A stretch of 64,000 nt of DNA from Tubulanus polymorphus. Taxonomy: Eukaryota > Animalia > Nemertea. Below, piece after piece: positions 27,801-39,700 of the stretch. The stretch covers positions 248,001 to 312,000 of the forward strand of contig NC_134032.1 in assembly GCF_964204645.1 (NCBI RefSeq), written 5' to 3'. The notes beneath the pieces were generated by a model that did not search any database, was not told the origin of the DNA, and saw nothing but the letters and a program-made list of their open reading frames with translations. Positions within the stretch are counted from its first letter, which is position 1. Each line of letters starts with the position of its first letter. A program made the position numbers and the translations under genes.

Positions 27801-30800
27801 TCATAACTAAATCACGAATTTGCTGAATAAATCTATACAGTTGCAGCTATTGTCGGATTGAAACCTTTTTATGGATGTTATCTGAACCCAGTTCCACAGT
27901 TCTGAGTTAAGATTTGACCCTGGGTTAAAACATTGAAAATGAACTAACTTTAACTCAGAGTTAACTCTAACTCACAACTGTGGAACTGGGTCCAGTTGTA
28001 TAGGTTTAATTTGTCTCTGGATCCAGTTCCACAGTTGTGTGGGTTTAATTTGACTATGGATACAGTTCCACAGTTGTGTGGGTTTAATTTGACTGTGGAC
28101 CCAGTTCCACAGTTGTGTCGGTTTAATTTGAATCTGAATCCAGTTTCACAGTTTCGTGGGTTTAATTTGACTATGGATACAGTTCCACAGTTGTGTGGGT
28201 TTGATTTGACTCTGTACCCAGTTCCACAGTTGTGTGGGTTTAGTTTGACTCTGAATCCAGTTCCACAGTTGTGTGGGTTTAGTTTGACTCTGAATCCAGT
28301 TCCACAGTTGTGTGGGTTTGATTTGACTCTGGATACAGTTCCATGGTTATGTGGGTTAAATTTTACTCTGAACCCAGTTCCACAGTTGTGTGGGTTTAAT
28401 TTGACTCAAAGTTCAAAGTTTCCTTTTGCATGTGTATCCCATAATCCCAATAGCTATTGTAACCTGTTTGTTTACATCAGGTGACCAGCTCTAGACCAAT
28501 CAGAGCTAGGGTTAGGGTTAGTGACCATGTGCTTGGGGCTATTTGCATATATCAGGTGACCAGCTCCAGCCAATCAGAAGCTAGGGTTAGGGTTAGTGGC
28601 CATGTGCTTGGGGCTATTTACATATATCAGGTGACCAGCTCCAACCAATCAGAAGCTAGGGTTAGGGTCAGTGGCCATGTGCTTGGGGCTATTTGCATAT
28701 ATCAGGTGACCAGCTCCAGCCAATCACAAGCTAGGGTTATGGTTAGTGACCATGTGCTTGGGGCTATTTGCATATATCAGGTGACCAGCTCCAGCCAATC
28801 AGAAGCTAGGGTTAGGGTTAGTGACCATGTGCTGGGGGCTATTTGCATAAATCAGGTGACCAGCTTCAGCCAATCAGAAGCTAGGGTAGCTAGGAGTTTT
28901 CGTTGTCGTTTATTTCTGTAGATGGTAATTTTCATTGTCGTTTATTTCCATAGATTGTAATTTTTGTTATTGTTTATTTTCTGTAGATAGTAACGTGTCG
29001 GTGATGAGCAGCAGTCAAACACGTTCTCGTTCACAAGCGACGAAATCGAAACAATCGATGACGGATAAATCGGTGAACGAAGAACCGAACGCGATTCATG
29101 TTTTTATATCTCGCTGGTTACCGGTCATAGAGAGACTCATCGTACAGGTAAAATATACAGACAGATGTTGATGTTATTACTTGATTAGTGTCTTTTTTCT
29201 GGGTCCAGTTCCACATTTCCGAGTTAAGATTTAGCTCTGAGTAAACTCATTGAAAATGATCTAACTTTAACTAAGAGTTAACTCTAACTCACAACTGTAG
29301 AACTGGGTCCTGAAGTGTATATCTCATAATCTTGTAATAGCACTAGCTGACGATGACTATTGTTGAAAAACTACTAGTAGCTCAAGGAAACATATGAGAC
29401 TGCTATATATTACCCATAGTTTGTATCTGGTTTTACTACTTAATTAGTCCCTGTGTTCTGGATTTTGAATATCTATCTCATTATCAACACTAGTGCCAAC
29501 ACAAACACTAGCCACGTTGGTCTGTTACACAGGATGACAGGTTGCCGCTAGAGGACAACAGTCTATAATTCTAGCCGATCAGATGCGCGGTATCGTTAGA
29601 GCGAATTTGCCAGTGAAAAACAATGCGAGCCATCTGATTAGCTTAATACGTTGACTGGTGGCCACTTAGTGGTAACCTTTCCGCCCATTAAATCTTGGGC
29701 AATGTAATAGGGCAATGAAGGAACTTCATTCGGCCAGGGTTTGTATTGACGTAATCTTTGGCAGGAGACAATCGAACCCTTGCAAACGAGGATCAAGTCA
29801 AAACGTCGAATAAAGTACTAGCTCATTGAAACACAGACTCAACAATGTCGTCTGCTGTTATATTGCAGGTTCACGTCCATCATTGGTTGCTGTATTTACC
29901 GACCGTGTCGTTAGAGTTACCCGATACGTCTGCTAGTCTCCTCGATCGTATTGTTACGATGTACACCGGCGGGCCGCACCCAGATGTCGCCACCGTCTGT
30001 CTGCCTGAACTGAAACTGCACAACTCGGCCGGTTCGAATCTACCATACGACCTTGAACTTCCCGCGAGACGTATCGAAGTGAATGCAGACGGTGAGTAGA
30101 AGAAAGTTGCGTATATATTTCATGAAAAGTGGCAATTCTAATGTCAGATAGAAAATGGCTGCTATTCGGCCATCTTGAATCTGATCAGGGTAGCTTTTGG
30201 ACTGCTGATGTGTCTAAAGTAGTTACACAATTGATTGAAACATCTTCAAAACTTCAGAAATCTGTAAATGTGCTGATTTCACGGAACACAAAAGGCCACC
30301 ATTCCACCATTTCGCCTCTGCCTCTGCCTCTGCCTCTGCCTCTGCCTCTGCCTCTGCCTCTGCCTCTGCCTCTGCCTCTGCCTCTGCCTCTCTCTCTCCT
30401 GGCCCTCCCTCTCTCTATCCCCTCTCCCTCTCCCTCTCCTGGCCCTCCCCCTCTCCCTCTCCCTCTGCCTCTCCCTCTCCCTCTCCTGGCCCTCCCCCTC
30501 TCTCTCCCTCTCCTGGCCATCCCTCTCTCTATCCCTCTCTCTGCTCTTGCCTCTGCCTCTATCTCTATCTATCTCCATCACTATCTCTATAATGATAAAA
30601 TGCATGTTTATAATGATTTGTAGTAGAGAAGTTGCCGTGGAGGTTAGAGATGAAACACATGAGTGTCTACAGCCTTCATTCCGATCGTAAAGCGTTTTAT
30701 TTATTGAAACCGATGATTCTCTCCACGACGCTCGCCGTCGCTTCCAAAGAAAAACCCATCACATCATCGCCGTTATCATCGGAGCTGCTGTCGATCGCGT

Positions 30801-33693
30801 GTTGTATCCACGTGGATGTGGATAGCGTGCGCCTCGCGTCGAGTCGTCGTCAGGTCGTATTGTTGACGTCGCTATGGCGTAATATCGGTCACGTCGTCGA
30901 CACGCTCGCGTTCAACGTTCGAACGCTCGGGCGATTGAACGCGCGATCGGCGTCCGCGCCGCGGTCCGCAGCTGAACGCCAGCCGAGCGACGGCGACGTC
31001 GAGGTGGCGCCGGCGTTGAACCCGGTGAAATCGAAAGCGAGTTTGCTGGAATCGCAAGCGGAGGAGGAACTCGTCGAACCCCACAGTGCAGGTAATATAT
31101 ACAAGCTTCAGATGATTCAGATGTAAATGTTGTATTTAAAAACGAGGAGTCGAGTGTATCATACGGGGTGGCGCCACTGACCTTGAAAACTTCATAAAAA
31201 TCAGAAAAACAATCTAGAAAGAATTCGGGAAAAATCATAATTCGAGTCTAGTTTCTGGTCATAAGTGTAACTCGTTTATTTTATCATTTGCCTGATAATG
31301 CTACTATACATAAGCAGCAAAAGTTTAGTAAGATAAAAACCCACTATTTACAGATTAAAAGAATTTAAAACCAAGAATTTATTCAATCTAGAATATATAG
31401 AATACACGGCGTTTCGATCTCACACTAGAGATCATCGTCAGGTGTGAGATATAGACTAAAAAGCAACAGTTTGTATTTCGAGTGAGTAAGTTACACCTAT
31501 ATGGTGCTGTCCGTTGCGTCTTTTGATTAATGCCATAGAAATTACTGATAGCCGAGTGGATCCAAGTTTATAGTTTGCCTGTCCACCTGTATATTCAAAA
31601 TCATCAGACATAAAACATTAGAAAGACGTATTGATTTGAAATGTTTAATAAAAACCTGCAAATCGCGACTTCAGTAAATAGGTTCAAAAATTGTACTCGT
31701 CGATAACAAAACACATATTTCTGATGAATTAAAGTAAATCGCAGCTTGCTGGTTACGGAACAATTAACGCAACAGTCAGAGGCGGTGAAAGGTAAGAGAC
31801 ATTCACACACATATCTCTCGGTACCGTGGAGCTATATAGATCTATTTCGTCACTAACATCATCGTAGATTTGAACACTGACTGGTACAAAACTGTACAAA
31901 CACCTGCCTTCAGATTCAAACCCTGCTGATCGAGGATGGGTCTACAACTAGAGTAGTGGTTTATACTACATGTCATCAGGTTTGAATCCCTGCTGAGGGA
32001 GGATGTGTCTACTAGGACAGGGGTTTGTACTGTGACAGAGTCTCATGATGTCATCAGGTTGAGAATCCCTGCTGAGGGAGGATGTATCTACTAGGACAGG
32101 GGTTTGTACTGTGACAGTGTCTCGTGATGTCATCAGGTTCAAATCCCTGCTGAGGGAGGATGTGTCTACTAGGACAGGGGTTTGTACTGTGACAGAGTCT
32201 CATGATGTCATCAGGTTTGAATCCCTGCTGAGGGAGGATGTGTCTACTAGGACAGGGGTTTGTACTGTGACAGAGTCTCATGATGTCATCAGGTTGAGAA
32301 TCCTTGCTGAGGGAGGATGTATCTACTAGGACAGGGGTTTGTACTGTGACAGTGTCTCGTGATGTCATCAGGTTCAAATCCCTGTGAGGGAGGATGTGTC
32401 TACTAGGACAGGGGTTTGTACTGTGACAGAGTCTCACGATGTCATCAGGTTCAAATCCTAGCTGAGGGAGGATGTGTCTACTAGGACAGGAGTTTGTACT
32501 GTGACAGAGTCTCACGATGTCATCAGGTTCAAATCCCTGCTGAGGGAGGATGTGTCTACTAGGACAGGGGTTTGTACTGTGACAGAGTCTCACGATGTCA
32601 TCAGGTTCAAATCCCTGCTGAGGGAGGATGTGTCTACTAGGACAGGGGTTTGTACTGTTCATGATGCCATCAGGTTCAAAGATATAACACCTCAATGGTG
32701 TCGAGATATAATGCCTCATAGGGAGCGTACAAAATAATGCCGACACACACACACAGATATCTTTAGAGGATACTTTTGTAGATGATAGTGCAGTATAAAT
32801 TATTAAATTATGGCTGACTTTTGCCATACATTTACATCTTCACAAACAGCCACTGTTATCATAATAAAGACTATTATTCTGTATCAAAGTATTAGAGCCG
32901 CTTGTCCACTTCCCTCATGTCTAACATCCGCTGATCAGGCCTGTGCCGAGGGGGGTTTGGGGGTTGTGAACGCACCCCCCTAAATTTCTCGAAAGCGCCC
33001 TTCAAACGAAATGTCATCGTCAAAAAATTTGGGTCAAGATTTTGCGAAACTTGGATATAATGTTCATGCAATTTGGAAAATGAAAAGTAATCCATGATCA
33101 AATAATTTGTTCAGTGACGGAGAGTCCATGATTCAGGTAGCCGGGCACTGCATATTTAAGATCTGCCCTTAAGAAAGCTGCCCTTTTTACGATGAAAAGG
33201 TTTCTTTTCAATAGAAACCGCCCTTGAAAAAAGCTTGGCACGGGCCTGCTGACGACATTATTTGAAGTAATCGATCTTCAAAACCCTTCAGTTCGTCGGC
33301 CTGGTACCGCTACACTAATTTCAGCTATGACTCATATTCAACAGAGGTTCGGTTAGAAATATCTCGTCCACCGCTGCAGAACTCGAATCCATTCCATCTA
33401 TCCTGGTCGCTTCATTATAGAACTCAAAAATCTACATTCTTCAGGGTTTAGGCTTATGAATAATTCTCAGACTAACTACGCCTGAAGTATCTCTATAATT
33501 AGCAAACTTTTTGGTGGATATTTCTTTCCTATGAAATCATGGTTAAAGACTTTTGTGCGATATCTTCAATAGATTGATTAGTTGTTGATAATTAGCGATG
33601 CTGTTTAATCGATATTATAAATTAATCGATTAATCAAAGTAATTAGTGATAGGCGTTAGTGAATAATCAATTATAGTCTAAACTATGTTAAAC

Positions 33694-33744
<51 letters not shown>

Positions 33745-36700
33745 TAGAATCTGTATTGTCAAAGAAAACTATTTTAATGCCATTGCTCACTTAACGAAAA
33801 CATTTTTCTGGGAACAAATTCTGTTCAATCTCACTCAAATTCACTGGAAGTGCCATTCTGTATAACGCCATTGGTTTCGACAGCGGCGCTATAAACGACT
33901 TTTACCGTGTAAGTCATCATTTGGATAAGTCATCGCGTTGCCAGAGCTGCCAACTGTCCCTGAAAATACCTCACTGCCCTGATGGTTTTTTGATGCTTTT
34001 GAAAAACTATCGATGTCCCTTAAACAGTTTTCCATTGTCCCTCGTGAAATTGTTCTAATTCTTCATTTTTCCTGATCGTGTCTCTTTTTTGTCCGTAATG
34101 TGTTAATCGATTGGTTGGCAGGTCTGCAGCGCTGAAGTCATCTTGATTTTTCCAGTTCCAATTCGATTTGCAAATGTGGCGTTATAAAGGCCTTTCGTTG
34201 CAGTAGTAATTCATAATCAATATTGTTTCGAGGGGCTTCAAATAAAATATCTAATGCATTAATTAGTAATTAATTAATTAGGGGAAACTCGTTACATATT
34301 CGACATCAATTAAAACGCACTCAATCTCTTTTATCTTATCTTTCATGCATCGTTTGAGTGAAGAATTAGATTTTTTTGCATGCGTTCGTTTTGACTTTGT
34401 GATTTTTCACATTTCCTTCCAAATTTGCACCGCTATTTGTTCACATATATACAGTTGAACCGCTATGAGATTCATATTATGGATGATGTGATATTGTGTT
34501 ACAGCGACGTCTGAAGATACGGCTAGTCGGTCCAATCGCGAGCCGCTGCTGTGGAGCGAAACGATGCCCGGTTTGAACGATCCGTCTGCCAATCAACTCC
34601 TGTCCGTCTGGTTACAGTTGACTGTGCCGAAAGTTCTCCTGCGACTCTACACCGGTTCTCAAAACGGTGACGGTATGTAAATCGTTCAGATGTTGCTTGG
34701 AGATTTAACTCTGAACTCAGGATCCAGTTCTACAGTTGTGAGTTAGAGTTAACTCTGAAATCAGGATCCACTTCCACAGTGAGTTAGAGTTAACTCTGAA
34801 CTCAGGATCCAGTTCCACAGTCGTGAGTTTGAGTTAACTCTGAACTCAGGATCCAGTTACATTGACATTAGATAGTTGTGAGTTGGAGTTAACTCTTGAG
34901 TTAAGATGAGTTCATTTTCAATGAGTTAACTCTGAGATTTTTAGCATTTTGTACTTATCTATCTTGAGAAATTTTGATTTGTTTGATGTGAACAGAAATG
35001 TGAAAGATGCTTCTGAAGGTCTTACCATTGATTACTGACTAAGTTGAACGATTTCTTTCTCAAATAAAATGTTCCTGAAAAAAATTCAACTTGTAACTTA
35101 CTGAAAGCACTTGTCAAATTTCAGCCCCGGTCAAATGTTGTTTATTTGTCTTTAGAAATCTGTGTTTCAACTTACATTGAAGACGTCACTACATCAATTG
35201 ACATTCAAGGTCAATATCAACAAGTCAAGTCTAAAATCGGCGTTCTTAACATCAGCCACTTCACTCGCAGGTACGTTCAGATCAGCAGCATCCTCCCTTG
35301 GGGCAGGGTTCAAACCTGATGACATCATGAGACTCTGTCACAGTACAAACCCCTGTCCTAGTAGACACATCCTCCCTCAGCAGGGATTCTCAAACCTGAA
35401 GACATTGTGAGACTCTGTCACAGTACAAACCCCTGCCCTAGTAGACACATCCTCCCTCAGCAGGGATTCTCAAACCTGAAGACATCATGAGACTTTGTCA
35501 CAGTACAAACCCCTGTCCTAGTAGACACATCCTCCCTCAGCAGGGATTCTCAAACCTGAAGATGTCATGAGACTCTGTCACAGTACAAACCCCTGTCCTA
35601 GTAGACACATCCTCCCTCAGCACAGATTGAAACCTGATGACATCATGAGACTCTGTCACAGTACAAACCCCTGTCCTAGTAGACACATCCTCCCTCAGCA
35701 GGGATTTGAACCTGATGACATCATGAGACTCTGTCACAGTACAAACCCCTGTCCTAGTAGACACATCCTCCCTCAGCAGGGATTCTCAAACCTGAAGATG
35801 TCATGAGACTCTGTCACAGTACAAACCCCTGTCCTAGTAGACACATCCTCCCTCAGCAGGGATTCTCAAACCTGAAGATGTCATGAGACTCTGTCACAGT
35901 ACAAACCCCTGTCCTAGTAGACACATCCTCCCTCAGCAGGGATTCTCAAACCTGAAGATGTCATGAGACTCTGTCACAGTACAAACCCCTGTCCTAGTAG
36001 ACACATCCTCCCTCAGCAGGGATTTGAACCTGATGACATCATGAGACTCTGTCACAGTACAAACCCCTGTCCTAGTAGACACATCCTCCCTCAGCAGGAA
36101 TTCAAACCTGAAGACATTGTGAGACTCTGTCGCAGTACAAACCCCTGTCCTAGTAGACACATCCTCCCTCAGCAGGGATTTGAACCTGATGACATCGTGA
36201 GACTCTGTCACAGTACAAACCCCTGTCCTAGTAGACACATCCTCCCTCAGCAGGGATTCAAACCTGGTGACATCATGAGACTCTGTCACAGTACAAACCC
36301 CTGTCCTAGTAGACACATCCTCCCTCAGCAGGGATTCTCAAACCTGAAGATGTCATGAGACTCTGTCACAGTACAAACCCCTGTCCTAGTAGACACATCC
36401 TCCCTCAGCAGGGATTCTCAAACCTGAAGATGTCATGAGACTCTGTCACAGTACAAACCCCTGTCCTAGTAGACACATCCTCCCTCAGCGGGGATTTGAA
36501 CCTGATGACATCGTGAGACTCTGTCACAGTACAAACCCCTGTCCTAGTAGACACATCCTCCCTCAGCAGGGATTTGAACCTGATGACATCATGAGACTCT
36601 GTCACAGTACAAACCCCTGTCCTAGTAGACACATCCTCCCTCAGCAGGAATTCAAACCTGAAGACATTGTGAGACTCTGTCGCAGTACAAACCCCTGTCC

Positions 36701-39700
36701 TAGTAGACACATCCTCCCTCAGCAGGGATTTGAACCTGATGACATCGTGAGACTCTGTCACAGTACAAACCCCTGTCCTAGTAGACACATCCTCCCTCAG
36801 CAGGGATTCAAACCTGGTGACATCATGAGACTCTGTCACAGTACAAACCCCTGTCCTAGTAGACACATCCTCCCTCAGCAGGAATTTGAACCTGATGACA
36901 TCGTGAGACTCTGTCACAGTACAAACCCCTGTCCTAGTAGACACATCCTCCCTCAGCAGGGATTCAAACCTGAAGACATTGTGAGACTCTGTCACAGTAC
37001 AAACCCCTGTCCTAGTAGACACATCCTCCCTCGGGGCAGGGTTCAAACCTGATGACATCATGAGACTCTGTCACAGTACAAACCCCTGTCCTAGTAGACA
37101 CATCCTCCCTCAGCGGGGATTCAAACCTGATGACATCATGAGACTCTGTCACAGTACAAACCCCTGTCCTAGTAGACACATCCTCCCTCAGCAGGGATTC
37201 TCAAACCTGAAGACATTGTGAGACTCTGTCACAGTACAAACCCCTGCCCTAGTAGACACATCCTCCCTCGGCAGGGATTCAAACCTGATGACATCATGAG
37301 ACTCTGTCACAGTACAAACCCCTGTCCTAGTAGACACATCCTCCCTCAGCAGGGATTCAAACCTGATGACATCATGAGACTCTGTCACAGTACAAACCCC
37401 TGTCCTAGTAGACACATCCTCCCTCGGCAGGGATTCAAACCTGATGACATCGTGAGACTCTGTCACAGTACAAACCCCTGTCCTAGTAGACACATCCTCC
37501 CTCAGCAGGGATTTGAACCTGATGACATCATGAGACTCTGTCACAGTACAAACCCCTGTCCTAGTAGACACATCCTCCCTCAGCAGGAATTCAAACCTGA
37601 AGACATTGTGAGACTCTGTCGCAGTACAAATCCCTGTCCTAGTAGACACATCCTCCCTCAGCAGGGATTTGAACCTGATGACATCGTGAGACTCTGTCAC
37701 AGTACAAACCCCTGTCCTAGTAGACACATCCTCCCTCAGCAGGGATTCAAACCTGGTGACATCATGAGACTCTGTCACAGTACAAACCCCTGTCCTAGTA
37801 GACACATCCTCCCTCAGCAGGGATTTGAACCTGATGACATCATGAGACTCTGTCACAGTACAAACCCCTGTCCTAGTAGACACATCCTCCCTCAGCAGGG
37901 ATTTGAACCTGATGACATCATGAGACTCTGTCACAGTACAAACCCCTGTCCTAGTAGACACATCCTCCCTCAGCAGGGATTCTCAAACCTGAAGATGTCA
38001 TGAGACTCTGTCACAGTACAAACCCCTGTCCTAGTAGACACATCCTCCCTCAGCAGGGATTTGAACCTGATGACATCATGAGACTCTGTCACAGTACAAA
38101 CCCCTGTCCTAGTAGACACATCCTCCCTCAGCAGGGATTGAAACCTGATGACATCATGAGACTCTGTCACAGTACAAACCCCTGTCCTAGTAGACACATC
38201 CTCCCTCAGCAGGGATTCTCAAACCTGAAGATGTCATGAGACTCTGTCACAGTACAAACCCCTGTCCTAGTAGACACATCCTCCCTCAGCAGGGATTTGA
38301 ACCTGATGACATCATGAGACTCTGTCACAGTACAAACCCCTGTCCTAGTAGACACATCCTCCCTCAGCAGGGATTGAAACCTGATGACATCATGAGACTC
38401 CGTCACAGTACAAACCCCTGTCCTAGTAGACACATCCTCCCTCGGGGCAAGGTTCAAACCTGATGACATCATGAGACTCTGTCACAGTACAAACCCCTGT
38501 CCTAGTAGACACATGAGACTCTTGTCACAGTACAAACCCCTGTCCTAGTAGACACAGACATTGATCAAATGCTATGATAAAGATGAAGTCCCTGTTTAAC
38601 AATAACCAACTTCTAAGCAACGAACCCCGAAGAAGATTTCATTTAGAGAAACCTGCAAAATCAATTTCCAGTCAGTTTTGGTGGTACATACCTGATAAAG
38701 GTATATCTTAATCAGACCAGCACAGATGGACATTGATTTTTTATCCATTTGACACTGTATTAAAGGATTTCCAAAAAGTCTAATTGAATGGGGTTGAAAA
38801 GATAAAAGCATTTGCATTCAAAGAAGACTTTTTGGCACTCCTTCAATACAGTGTAAGACTGATTTTAAAACCGATGTTTTAGTTCAACTGCCAGTCCATT
38901 CCGGTCCTAATAAGACTTCTCAGGTATGTACCACTAACTCAGACAGAGCTAGGCGGCGTGACATCCTCGCCAGGGAAGTTGAAATAGATATTATCAGTCT
39001 ATTTGTCCATGTTTTATTGCAGTCGCGAGGAGCGTGAATGGACGGCTGGACCTCACGAGGGAATTCTTCTATCGACCGTCGAGAAATTGAGTCACAACGT
39101 CGACGTCCTGAGCAACAAACAGTGGACGGGTGGCAGCAGCAGCGGCGGCGGCAGTAGCGGTCGATCACCGCACCAGCAGAGACAACACGAAATACAGCTA
39201 CGCGATCGAACGCACGGATTCCTGACGTTCACGTTCACGCGCGTTCAAACCATCGGCCTACGTCGGAAACTACGACAACAATCCACGGCCGTAACCGATG
39301 ACGACGACGACCAGAATCGTGAGGACGGCGACATGAATTCGATACTCGACGAAATTTGTCTGAATTTGAACCAGTTCGACGTCGTGTTCAACGTACCAGT
39401 CGTCATGGAGATCGGTGAATTGTTCCGCGACGATAGCGGCCGTCGTCGTCGTCGGTCAATCAGTCGTCCGTACGAATCGGACGCCGGACCGCGGCCGATG
39501 TTTCGATCACGTGATTTACCGTTGGTTTACGCAAATCTGAAGAGTTTCCGCGTGTTCGTGCCGAACTGCTGGACATCCGCGTCCGAGCCCGACACGACGA
39601 CGGATGTCCACTCGCGTAGCACGGCGTTTCACGACATGCTCGTGTTCCACGCCGGATCGCTGATACTGTCGCCGCAGCCCGATAACCCATTACCGCGACG

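Noticed and set aside
30129-30623. Pro/Leu-rich and Arg/Gly-rich ORFs
   Set aside because: Low-complexity microsatellite translations
35288-38556. Long repetitive ORFs and a CTGATGA...GAGAC-TCT-GTC hammerhead look-alike in the 78-bp unit
   Set aside because: The ORFs arise because 78 is divisible by 3 and they break at 79-bp units; the motif lacks GAAA, stem I and stem II
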